Shown piece after piece: positions 52,942 to 61,978 of a DNA stretch of 64,000 nucleotides. The first letter of the stretch is position 1, and each line of letters opens with the position of its first letter. The position numbers and the translations under genes were made by a program. This DNA comes from a virus (Duplodnaviria; Heunggongvirae; Uroviricota; Caudoviricetes): the IMG/VR virus record IMGVR_UViG_2029527006_000005. One strand, 5' to 3'. The notes under the pieces were generated by a model that saw nothing but the letters and a program-made list of their open reading frames with translations, searched no databases and was not told the origin of the DNA.

Positions 52942-55161
52942 TTAGGTTTGTCTTGCAGTTTCCGTGTTTTCGGAAATCTGACGAAGAAGCTGTGCCATTT
53001 GCTGTATATTGCTATTGTTTGCATCCGTTGCACCAACTAAAGATTTCAATTGTGCAAGCATTGCTTCATCATAGTTAAATAGCGGATCTGGAACTGCTGG
53101 AGTTTCTTCTTTCGCAGTGGCTTTTTTGGCTTCTTCTGAAATACGCTCAGGTTTATTTTGCGGTGGTTCCGCAAGTACAGGAGGTTGCTGGGGCTTATTA
53201 GCTGCAACAACTGTTTGCTGTTCCTTTGTAGCATTTGTATTTATAGTTGTCACCGGGACACCGTTTTTAGCTTGTTTTTTTGCTTCTTCTGGTACTGGAT
53301 CGTCACTAAACCAACTTTTCGCAGTATCCCACCAGCCACTAATAGATTTTTTCATATCTTCGAATGCATCTTGAATACGAGTCTTCATATCAGAGTAATC
53401 AAACTTAATGTTAGACAAAGAATCCCAAAAAGCATTAAAATCACCAAACATATTTTTGACGGTTCCTTGTAATTGCTCTTTAGATTTGTCCATATCACTT
53501 CCAGTTAACCAATCCCAAATTAATGAGCCTAAACGTGCTGGTAATTGAACTACATCACCCATGAATTTATCATATGCAGCTTTAACTGTATTAAATGCTT
53601 CATCACCTAGGATTATTTTACCTAATCTAGCGGGTAATTCACCAATAACACCAAACATGCCAGCCATTTTGCTATTAAAGTAATTATAAGCATCAGTAGA
53701 GATGTTAGCTAGTACATCAAATACCCCATCAGCATTCATTGTCATATCGCTTAGATATTTCATAGTGCTTAATTGAAGATTATTGTACATTTCATTAAAT
53801 GGTTGAGTAAATGTCTTGCTGATCCAGATATTGAAGTTGCTTGTGTACTGTTCTAGCTGTGCATTAGTCTTAGTATTGCTGTCATTGAATAGTTTTTCTT
53901 GGTTTTGAATCTGTGTTAGTAGTGCTGCTGCTTGAGTGTTGCCACTTCTCTGTTGAGAAATCAATTCCAAACGTAATTGTTCAGAGTGTTCCTTAACATA
54001 AGCCGCCATTGTCTCTCGAACTACCTTAGAATCGGTTACACCACTTCTTTGTAGGCTTTCCATCATGTCAGCATAGCCTTGCATGAACTGGTTATTGTAC
54101 TCATCAGGTAATTGGTATAAAGATAGCCTTGATGCGTTAATTTTTTGAAGAATATTACCAGTTTCACCCATACTAACGAACGCACTGTTCATAGCTTTGG
54201 TTACTTCTGCTGCTTTATCAGGATCAACACCCCAATTATCGGTCATTGCATATTGTGATACAGTACTGTCAAGTGTTTCACCCATAGAATCAAACTTACC
54301 AAGTAGTTCATCTACCGATTTACCGACAGATTTACTTAGATATGTCATCTGATTTACAAATTCTGCTGTACTACTAGCTTGATTTATACTTCTTAATGAC
54401 TCTTGAGTACCGTAAAGTTTCTGATACTTGAAGTTCTTAGCCGTAATATCAGCTAATTGCTGTTGTGATACCCCATAAATTCCATTTGCTTGTTGTAGAT
54501 CCTGTACTGAACCTAGTAAATTAGCAAAACTGCTTACACCATCACCGTACTGACCATCCATTGCTGCAATTGATTGACTGTTTTGTTGTAAAGCTGCGTT
54601 GAATTCGTTTAAACTCATGTAAGATTTACCAGAAGCAAGTCTTGCAGAGATCATGCCGTCACGCAAAGTCAAACCAGCACTGTTTAATTGGTTGTACATG
54701 TCTAATTGTTGGTTCATGTAGTCATAAACTTTCATACCTACGTCAACAATAGCCGTAAACGCCGTTGCAGCCGCTCCTACGGGGCCGGGAATCATTTTGA
54801 GTGAACTACCTAATGCACCAACACTCGTCCCTAGAGAGCCTACTACGTTCGCTGCGGAGGCACTATTACCGAGGGCAGTTCTTGAAATGTTTTTCATCTC
54901 TCCAAACATTTGCTTGAAGAATTTACCACCAGAGAAGTCAGGAGGTCTTGGACCACCACCTCTTCTTCGATCACCCGGTCCCGGAGGTGGATTCCCATTC
55001 CCCCCGCTACCTCCACTACCATTCTTTCCTTTACCTTTGGCAATTTGAATTTGAACTTTCAAACTATCAGCCAGTACTTCACGCATAGCAGTTAGGTGGT
55101 CATTGGCTTTTGTTTGTTCATTAAGCATTTGCTGCAAAAGGAAACTGTTATCAATTGCCAT
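52942..55161 (-). CDS. Probable tape-measure / baseplate hub protein
   Basis: 739 aa, largely helical, Gly/Ala/Gln-rich; divergent from the gp26-like gene. Confidence 0.5.
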   Translation of the reverse strand: MAIDNSFLLQQMLNEQTKANDHLTAMREVLADSLKVQIQIAKGKGKNGSGGSGGNGNPPPGPGDRRRGGGPRPPDFSGGKFFKQMFGEMKNISRTALGNSASAANVVGSLGTSVGALGSSLKMIPGPVGAAATAFTAIVDVGMKVYDYMNQQLDMYNQLNSAGLTLRDGMISARLASGKSYMSLNEFNAALQQNSQSIAAMDGQYGDGVSSFANLLGSVQDLQQANGIYGVSQQQLADITAKNFKYQKLYGTQESLRSINQASSTAEFVNQMTYLSKSVGKSVDELLGKFDSMGETLDSTVSQYAMTDNWGVDPDKAAEVTKAMNSAFVSMGETGNILQKINASRLSLYQLPDEYNNQFMQGYADMMESLQRSGVTDSKVVRETMAAYVKEHSEQLRLELISQQRSGNTQAAALLTQIQNQEKLFNDSNTKTNAQLEQYTSNFNIWISKTFTQPFNEMYNNLQLSTMKYLSDMTMNADGVFDVLANISTDAYNYFNSKMAGMFGVIGELPARLGKIILGDEAFNTVKAAYDKFMGDVVQLPARLGSLIWDWLTGSDMDKSKEQLQGTVKNMFGDFNAFWDSLSNIKFDYSDMKTRIQDAFEDMKKSISGWWDTAKSWFSDDPVPEEAKKQAKNGVPVTTINTNATKEQQTVVAANKPQQPPVLAEPPQNKPERISEEAKKATAKEETPAVPDPLFNYDEAMLAQLKSLVGATDANNSNIQQMAQLLRQISENTETARQT

Positions 55162-55171
55162 ATTAATTCCT

Positions 55172-55179
55172 TATAAATA
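55172..55179 (+). promoter_or_regulatory. T4-type late promoter TATAAATA
   Basis: Exact consensus; divergent AATAAATA at 55194-55201 on the - strand. Confidence 0.7.
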
Positions 55180-55214
55180 AAATTATATAGAATTATTTAT
55201 TATATGGAGTCCTT

Positions 55215-56090
55215 ATGAGTAAAATGAACCCACTCGCTAAGTATACTAAGATTGAAGAGATTTTTGTTAAACTAGCAAGTAACAACGTAGTAAAATACAA
55301 ACCTGAAGTACTAAAAAGTATTAAACTAGGTGTTTGTGCTCGTGCAGCACGTGATGAAATTATGCTTAACACACCAGATGCACTTATCGGAGGTGATGCA
55401 GTGATTAAAGTCATTGAGAACTGTGTTCCCGGTATTGAAGATGCTGGTGAGTTGTTTGTTAATGACGTAGAACAGCTTTTAATTGCAATTAAAGTTGCTT
55501 CTAAAGAAGAAGATTATGAGATTCAAACAAAATGTCCACATTGTGATCATGAAGGTGCATTCCATCGTAATCTACAAAATTTACTCGATACAATGAGCTA
55601 TTTCGATAAACAACCAATCGTAGAATTAGTAAATGGTCTAAAAGTTTATTTCAAACCTTATACATGGAATGAGTACAGTGATTTTGGTCAACGCATGTTC
55701 CAAGAGCAAAAGAAATCAGAAATGATTGATTTAATCGAAGGGGATGATGATGAGAGTACTGAACAGAAGAAGAAAATGTTCACTGAAGTATTTGAAGCGA
55801 TGACTCAACTTAACTTTGACATGATTGTTAAAAGTATTGAGAAAATTGAAACACCAGATGGTGATATTGTGGATAGTGCAGAATTTATTCTTGAATGGGT
55901 AAGTTCACTACCAAAAAGCACACTTAAAGAAGTACGTGAAGCATCTGATGAACTTCAAGAGATTGGTATCAGTCATAAAATGGAAGTGCAATGCTCTGAA
56001 TGTGATCATGAATGGGAAATCGACAAACTTCGTTATGACCCATCACATTTTTTCGGATTCAGCTTCTCATTGCCAAGCCAGAAGAAATAA
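55215..56090 (+). CDS. Baseplate hub assembly protein (gp26-like)
   Basis: NPLAKY, DEIMLNTPDAL, LLIAIKVAS, two CxxC pairs (CPHC, CSEC). Confidence 0.75.
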   Translation: MSKMNPLAKYTKIEEIFVKLASNNVVKYKPEVLKSIKLGVCARAARDEIMLNTPDALIGGDAVIKVIENCVPGIEDAGELFVNDVEQLLIAIKVASKEEDYEIQTKCPHCDHEGAFHRNLQNLLDTMSYFDKQPIVELVNGLKVYFKPYTWNEYSDFGQRMFQEQKKSEMIDLIEGDDDESTEQKKKMFTEVFEAMTQLNFDMIVKSIEKIETPDGDIVDSAEFILEWVSSLPKSTLKEVREASDELQEIGISHKMEVQCSECDHEWEIDKLRYDPSHFFGFSFSLPSQKK

Positions 56091-56266
56091 GACAAGTGTT
56101 GAGTGATATGGAACTCAATGTAAAAGAGATAAAGTCATCTCTTATGGAGATTTCTGTCTATATCACTAACACTTCCTATGAGATGCTACTCAATATGCCA
56201 ACAAATGAAAGAGACCTTCTGGTTCGTGCATATAACAAAAAAGTAACTAAAGAAAACAAATCATAA
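56054..56266 (+). CDS. gp51-like ORF in the -1 frame, probably reached by frameshift
   Basis: -1 frame open 56039-56266: FFRIQLLIAKPEEIRQVLSDMELNVKEIKSSLMEISVYITNTSYEMLLNMPTNERDLLVRAYNKK; slippery T TTT TTC at 56048-56054. Confidence 0.6.
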   Translation, partial: RIQLLIAKPEEIRQVLSDMELNVKEIKSSLMEISVYITNTSYEMLLNMPTNERDLLVRAYNKKVTKENKS

Positions 56267-56290
56267 CCAGCCTCTGTGCTTGGTTTTTTT
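56265..56290 (+). terminator. Intrinsic terminator
   Basis: AACCAGC...GCTTGGTT followed by T-run. Confidence 0.6.
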
Positions 56291-56504
56291 GTATCTTAAT
56301 TTGGGTAATAATCAATTATTGTATCTATCTTGTTTGATTAGCCAATCTTCGATTGTCTAAGAATTTTCAATTATTCATAACTCATTTCATTCGTTATTCA
56401 TAATTTCAATTCATTTCTAATTATTGAATGTACTTAATTGTACTTTATATCTTGACGAGATTTGCTGAGGTAATTTCATCCCCCCGCAGGGGAATGAAGA
56501 CAAT

Positions 56505-56527
56505 AAAAAAGACCCAATTAAGGATCT
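56505..56527 (-). terminator. Terminator closing the candidate ncRNA
   Basis: Minus strand AGATCC-TTAATT-GGGTCT-TTTTT. Confidence 0.65.
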
Positions 56528-56955
56528 GAATATTGCTTGACGCTGATAGCATCGGAATTATTGTATAGTGAATTTCTAAATTTCTTTAGAGCGAAAGCGG
56601 GTTGCTCTGTTTCTCTCTATCACTGTCATGTGCAACGGTCGTAGTCTTAGTACGCATACATTAAAATCCATACAATCGAATCTTAATGCTGTTCAAATTT
56701 CAAGCGGATCTATAGCCAGCCTTAAAATTGAACTCCCTTAACAAGTGTGGTCAGGTGTCCCTCATATATCTATCTAGCAAGCGTCAATCTGTCTAACACG
56801 CTCGTTTATAGTGCCGTATTGCCGTGGGTGGTACAAACTATGCCAACTCCTAACGGGTCTCTTCTGCACTTCGCACGTGTGGTCTGCTCATCTGCCATCT
56901 ACATTTTCGATAGGATCAGGATTCATTTCGTAGGCTTTCGCCTCCACACTGAGTT
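56505..56955 (-). ncRNA. Candidate structured non-coding RNA of about 450 nt
   Basis: Promoter 56962-56990, terminator 56505-56527, no credible ORF, GAAA tetraloop hairpin and long-range pairings. Confidence 0.5.
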
Positions 56956-56961
56956 ATCTAT

Positions 56962-56990
56962 ATTATATCACACTTTTGCTCATTTGTCCC
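56962..56990 (-). promoter_or_regulatory. Phage early/middle promoter facing the non-coding region
   Basis: GGGACA-N17-TATAAT. Confidence 0.8.
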
Positions 56991-57036
56991 AAAAAACGTA
57001 AATACATTGTATTAATTATTTGGAGAAGTACTTAAG

Positions 57037-57528
57037 ATGACAAAAAAACGATTAAAAGATTCTAAGGATGCTGCAAAGTACCGTAATGAATTACTAAAAA
57101 AACAAAATGGTATTGATCCTATTACTAAAGAAGTCATAACTAAACCAGTACTAGATCATTATCACCAAGGCCACCAGCATTGTCGTGAGGTACTACAAAA
57201 CGAATGCAACGCATGGGAAGGGAAAGTAACCAATAGCTTTAATAGATACATGAAGCACTTAACAGATAAACCACTATCCGAAGTACTGAGAAACCTAGCC
57301 GATTATCTTGATCGAAATGGTAGTATCCCTGAAGACGAAATGGTAATTCACCATACTGCACTTACCGTGGATGTTAAAAAGTTTAAAGCCTTACCAGCAG
57401 CCCAACAGTGTTCAGTACTAGAATCTTTTGATGTGATTCCTGATACTAATACTGCGAAAAGAGCAAAACAAGCTCGTAAATTAATCAAATCTGGCGATTT
57501 GGATATGCTTAAATTAAAAAGGAGTTGA
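57037..57528 (+). CDS. Recombination endonuclease VII (gp49-like)
   Basis: Reads on + (track label wrong); LLKKQNGIDPI, VLDHYH, REVLQNECNAWEGK, LRNLADYL. Confidence 0.8.
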   Translation: MTKKRLKDSKDAAKYRNELLKKQNGIDPITKEVITKPVLDHYHQGHQHCREVLQNECNAWEGKVTNSFNRYMKHLTDKPLSEVLRNLADYLDRNGSIPEDEMVIHHTALTVDVKKFKALPAAQQCSVLESFDVIPDTNTAKRAKQARKLIKSGDLDMLKLKRS

Positions 57529-57529
57529 T

Positions 57530-58750
57530 ATGTTTCCATTACCAAGAATAAGTACTTATGGAAATAGAGTGGTAGTTAAAAGTGATATAGTAAAAGTACT
57601 AAGTAATGTTGGTGCAGCTACTGTAGTTCTGTATAGTAGCGGTCAATTGTATGGTTGGGGTTCAAACGCCCAATATTCATTAGGTACTGGAGATAATACA
57701 CCAATAACAACACCTACTTTGTTACTTAGTAATGTAAAAGATGTATGGTTGGGTGTTAACGATACTCTTGTTTTAACCAATGATGGTAAAATGTTATGTT
57801 CTGGTATAGGAACATTATTTGATAGTTCAAACATTCGTCGTGCCTCATGGACTGATGTTAGTTCATATTTTAGTTCTATAGGAATTGAAAATATAAAGAA
57901 AATTGATATTAATGCTGGATGTTTGGCAGTCCTAGACAAATCAAATAGATTGTATGCATGTGGTGATAACATTTATGCCAAATATGCACCAAGTGCTTCG
58001 ACTAGATATGCAACACCAACGTTGATTTTATCTGTGTGTTATGATATACATGGAAATGGCAACCAAGCATTATTTACATTACGTTCTGATATGAAAATAT
58101 ATGCTGGTGGGTCAAACTCAAATTACCAGTTAGGTACAACCGCATCCAACCAAGGAATGAATACTATAATTTATAATCCTTATACTTTTGCGTATCCGGG
58201 ACTATCATTAGAAAATGTATTATACACTTCACGTATCAGTACATTTATAAACAACGCAACGATGACCGGGGGTGGTAATGATTCGAATCGAATTCGACCT
58301 GCTGGATCTAACAATAGTGGTCAACTGAGTTTTAATCTTAATAACACTACAAATTATAGTGGATTTGGTAATAACTCAACTCTACCCTCTGGTGTTGATG
58401 GTTCTACAATAGTAAAGGGATATTCATCGTTGGGTAACTTTGTATCTCCTGTATTACAAACTGCAACTGGAATATATCAGTGTGGGTATGGTGGATATGG
58501 TCAACACGGAAATGGAGGAATTGGTAATTTACTTATGTATACCCGAAATTCTTCAATTGATAGCATCATAACTGATTATTCAAAATTGAAAATTTGGTGC
58601 GTTGGATTTTATAGTTCATTTTTTGTATATGAAAATAAATTATATGGTGCTGGTGGTGGATCTGCTTCTACTGTTAGTACTGAATTGCCGGGTTATAGTT
58701 CAGTACAAACATCATTTGTACGTATCGCTTTACCACTTGACCCACCATAA
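57530..58750 (+). CDS. RCC1/BLIP-II-repeat beta-propeller protein
   Basis: Reads on +; LYGWGSNAQYSLG, GSNSNYQLG, GSNNSGQL, GYGGYGQHG. Confidence 0.8.
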   Translation: MFPLPRISTYGNRVVVKSDIVKVLSNVGAATVVLYSSGQLYGWGSNAQYSLGTGDNTPITTPTLLLSNVKDVWLGVNDTLVLTNDGKMLCSGIGTLFDSSNIRRASWTDVSSYFSSIGIENIKKIDINAGCLAVLDKSNRLYACGDNIYAKYAPSASTRYATPTLILSVCYDIHGNGNQALFTLRSDMKIYAGGSNSNYQLGTTASNQGMNTIIYNPYTFAYPGLSLENVLYTSRISTFINNATMTGGGNDSNRIRPAGSNNSGQLSFNLNNTTNYSGFGNNSTLPSGVDGSTIVKGYSSLGNFVSPVLQTATGIYQCGYGGYGQHGNGGIGNLLMYTRNSSIDSIITDYSKLKIWCVGFYSSFFVYENKLYGAGGGSASTVSTELPGYSSVQTSFVRIALPLDPP

Positions 58751-58751
58751 A

Positions 58752-58775
58752 AAAAGGAGCCATTAGGCTCCTTTT
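58752..58775. terminator. Bidirectional intrinsic terminator
   Basis: AAAAGGAGCC-ATTA-GGCTCCTTTT between convergent genes. Confidence 0.85.
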
Positions 58776-58778
58776 TGT

Positions 58779-60935
58779 TTAATAAATGTCGTCAAGTGTT
58801 GCATACTCTAAAGTACTGAACCCATCCTCTTTCACTACTTTCAAAATATTGTCAGTTTTTGACAATAGTTCTTCACGGTGAGAAATAACGAATACGTTCT
58901 TACCTTCAATTACAGCAAAATCAGAGAAAATCGTCCAAATACGGTTAACACCACTTGTATCCAAACCAACGTCAATGTACTCATCACAGAATAGAATATT
59001 AATACGCTGATAAAGCGATTCATAAGTATCCCTGAATGCAAGAGATAATGCAATATTAACACGTGTACGTTCTCCACGAGATAATTGCTTATAGTCGTAA
59101 GTTTGGTCGTTCAATGTAATTTCAACGCTTAGATCATTCATGAACTTCACAAAATGCTCAGAATCACACTTGTCAATGTAGAATTGCAAGCGATTGTTGA
59201 GATAAGTAATGTTCTGCTCTATAATACGTTTACGTACATATGAATCTTTGTTTAGTAATAACTTCACTAGGAAATCTTGGTGATTAGCTAGCTTTTCTAA
59301 CTCATTATAAGTATTGTAATCAATAGTCTGTAATGATTCAGTTTTTAATGTCTCAATTTGAGCAATATATGGATTAGAATTACTTTCTTCACGTTTCAAA
59401 TTCTCTGATAACGATTTATACGTCATTTCAAGTTTTTGAACTTCTGAAGTACTGAATACCACATCATATTCTTTAAGTTCCATCCCTTCTAGCTCAGTAT
59501 ATGTACTAACTAGTTCATCATCATAGATATTCACTTCATCAGCTTCATATTTTGCTGTATTTTCAGCTAACATGTGCTCATGTAGTTTTGCTTCTGATAA
59601 TGTACTGTATTTCGTAACTGGCTTAGGTGGCATTTCAAAGATTTCAAGTTCATCAATCTCTTCAGTAGTGATTGAAATGTTATATTCAGCTTGAATAATC
59701 TGAGAAGATAGATCTTCTATAGTGTTCTTGATTTTATCAAGCATATCAGTGTGATTGTGATCATTTTTCAATTCACCATTACACATAGGACACTTACTAT
59801 CTTCTATTGTCTTCAATTTATTGTATTCTTTGGTTAGAGAATCATTTAGACGTTCAAGCTCAGACTTACTTTGACGAATAGCCTGTTCTTTAAACATCTT
59901 AGTACTGGTATTTGTCTTTAGAATTCCTTCTAATTGATACCAAACGTCTAATTCTTCATGCAATGCCAATTCAGAACTAATATCTATCGATTTTAGCTCA
60001 TTGATTTTGCCAAGTACTTCAATTTTATTTCTTTGAAGTTGCTGATCATATTGTTCACGCTTTTGCATTAGTGAATTTAGTCGATTCTCAAGTACTGAAC
60101 GTTTATTGTTATGCTCAATTGCATCTTCCATATCTTTTGCACTAATATAAAGTGCTTCGAAACCAAATTTATCGGCAAACTCAAATTCGGATAGTTTAAC
60201 TTTTAAGTCATCAATCCTATTTTGCTTATTGGTCTCAAAAGTATTGGCCTGAGACTGTAGATTCTCAATACTTTTTTGGATTCTTTCGTTTGAAGCTAAT
60301 AATGTATCAATCTTGAACTTTTCCTGTTCAGCAGTCTTCTTAGAATCCTTTTGCATATCCTTTAGAAGTTCAGCTTTTTCAGTCAATTGTGTAATACCAA
60401 GTAGTTCTTCGATCATATCACGTTGCTTTTGAGCACTCAATGATAAGAAAGGGTCTACGTTGGCGTTAAGTACTACAATATGTTCAAATAGTGTCTGGGA
60501 AATACCTAAAATTTCATTTAGTTCTTCCTGTGTATCTTTTTTCTCACCTCTGGATTCATCTTCGATGACTTCACCATCTTTAATAGTAAGAAAATTGAAA
60601 TACGTGGGGCTACGCCCACGCTCAACTCTGTATTCAATTCCATCTTTAATAAACTCAATCTCAACTTCACAATTTCTTGTATTAGTTTTATTGACTAAGT
60701 TGGGAATCTTGATATCATTACCAATGCTTTTACCATACAATCCAAAAACAAGTCCTTGAATAAGTGCTGATTTACCAACACCGTTACGTCTTCCGGTACT
60801 GTCACCGCCATCAACAACAACATCATTGTTCTGGCCTAGTACAAGAGAGATTTCTCTACCTTGTAATTCAAGTTCTTGTGGGGCATTTCCGAATGAGAAG
60901 AAGTTTCTCATTGAGATTTTTTTGATGGTTAACAT
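58779..60935 (-). CDS. gp46: SbcC/Rad50-like recombination ATPase (gp46-like)
   Basis: NGVGKS, coiled coil, zinc hook CPMC, LSRGE, CDE, ISH. Confidence 0.93.
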   Translation of the reverse strand: MLTIKKISMRNFFSFGNAPQELELQGREISLVLGQNNDVVVDGGDSTGRRNGVGKSALIQGLVFGLYGKSIGNDIKIPNLVNKTNTRNCEVEIEFIKDGIEYRVERGRSPTYFNFLTIKDGEVIEDESRGEKKDTQEELNEILGISQTLFEHIVVLNANVDPFLSLSAQKQRDMIEELLGITQLTEKAELLKDMQKDSKKTAEQEKFKIDTLLASNERIQKSIENLQSQANTFETNKQNRIDDLKVKLSEFEFADKFGFEALYISAKDMEDAIEHNNKRSVLENRLNSLMQKREQYDQQLQRNKIEVLGKINELKSIDISSELALHEELDVWYQLEGILKTNTSTKMFKEQAIRQSKSELERLNDSLTKEYNKLKTIEDSKCPMCNGELKNDHNHTDMLDKIKNTIEDLSSQIIQAEYNISITTEEIDELEIFEMPPKPVTKYSTLSEAKLHEHMLAENTAKYEADEVNIYDDELVSTYTELEGMELKEYDVVFSTSEVQKLEMTYKSLSENLKREESNSNPYIAQIETLKTESLQTIDYNTYNELEKLANHQDFLVKLLLNKDSYVRKRIIEQNITYLNNRLQFYIDKCDSEHFVKFMNDLSVEITLNDQTYDYKQLSRGERTRVNIALSLAFRDTYESLYQRINILFCDEYIDVGLDTSGVNRIWTIFSDFAVIEGKNVFVISHREELLSKTDNILKVVKEDGFSTLEYATLDDIY

Positions 60936-60946
60936 TCTTTACTCCA

Positions 60947-61978
60947 TTAAAGTGATGTATAAATTTGCATTAGAAGATTTTTGTCGAACATTGGTGAATC
61001 GATCTCTTGGATCTGACGTAGTACTATTTCATCCACTGATTCAGTACTGGTTTCTGCTTCACCATATTCCAAACTTTCTTGTAGAGCTTTCTTACTGTTC
61101 ACAATATTGAATTCACGAACTTTGTATAGCTTACTAAAGACTTCACGAATGTAACTAATCTCATTCATGTTAATTGGAATATCAATTTGAACCTTAGCAA
61201 TGACGTTATCTTGCATGTAGTACTGAGGCTCATTTAACATTTCTGATAAAGTGAAAGTCCTATATTTAGGTGCTTGATCCCATGCTTTAAATTGTGGTTC
61301 TTTACCGTGTTCTAAGAACATGATACCACGAGCATCATCCCAAGTATCTGAGAAATTATGTGGGAAGCAATTTCCTGTATAGATTATTTTAGTACCGCTC
61401 GGTGTAAGTTTTGATTGTCGTTTGTGGAAGTGACCACTAAAGACATACTCACAGCCATTGAAAGACTCTTGTGTTTCTTTACCATGATTAGGCATCTCAA
61501 CCATTTTGTTTAGTAGGTAGCCCGGAAGTTCTAGGTGACCGAAAACATATTTGCTGGTGAGTGATGGCAATTGCTTGTACTCATCATCAATCATAAAAGG
61601 AATGAAAGTACAGTCATCGATTGTTTTCATTTGATTAATGAATTCGATGTTAGCAAATGATTTAGCCATATTGATACTTGTTACATCACGTTTGTTTTTG
61701 TGATACATATCATGGTTACCGACTAGAAAGTAGGTTTTTTCAAAGTTATCATTTAGTAGATTCATAATCTCTAGACCGTAGTTTAGAGTACTAATGTTAA
61801 CATTACTTCTGTTATGGAAAAAGTCACCCATAAAAATGCAAACTTTAATATCACGTTCTTTGGCTTCATTAATCATGAATTGCACGAAGTTAACGCAATC
61901 TAAATTGTGTTCTCTACTGTTATTCTTCAAACCAAGATGAATATCAGTGAACGTTACTGCTTTATCAAATAGAGCCAT
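60947..61978 (-). CDS. gp47: SbcD/Mre11-like nuclease (gp47-like)
   Basis: TDIHLG, GDFFHNR, GNHD, FGHLE, SGHFH. Confidence 0.93.
   Translation of the reverse strand: MALFDKAVTFTDIHLGLKNNSREHNLDCVNFVQFMINEAKERDIKVCIFMGDFFHNRSNVNISTLNYGLEIMNLLNDNFEKTYFLVGNHDMYHKNKRDVTSINMAKSFANIEFINQMKTIDDCTFIPFMIDDEYKQLPSLTSKYVFGHLELPGYLLNKMVEMPNHGKETQESFNGCEYVFSGHFHKRQSKLTPSGTKIIYTGNCFPHNFSDTWDDARGIMFLEHGKEPQFKAWDQAPKYRTFTLSEMLNEPQYYMQDNVIAKVQIDIPINMNEISYIREVFSKLYKVREFNIVNSKKALQESLEYGEAETSTESVDEIVLRQIQEIDSPMFDKNLLMQIYTSL

Noticed and set aside
56505-56955. RNase P RNA, tmRNA or group I intron identity for the non-coding transcript
   Set aside because: UAGAUAGAU and GACUAC fragments are present, but GAGGAAAGUCC/CR-V, tRNA-like ends, and intron P7 partners or flanking exons are missing
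56747-57001. 84-aa ORF across the non-coding region
   Set aside because: GTG start without SD, antisense to the promoter/terminator unit, runs through the promoter, non-phage-like composition
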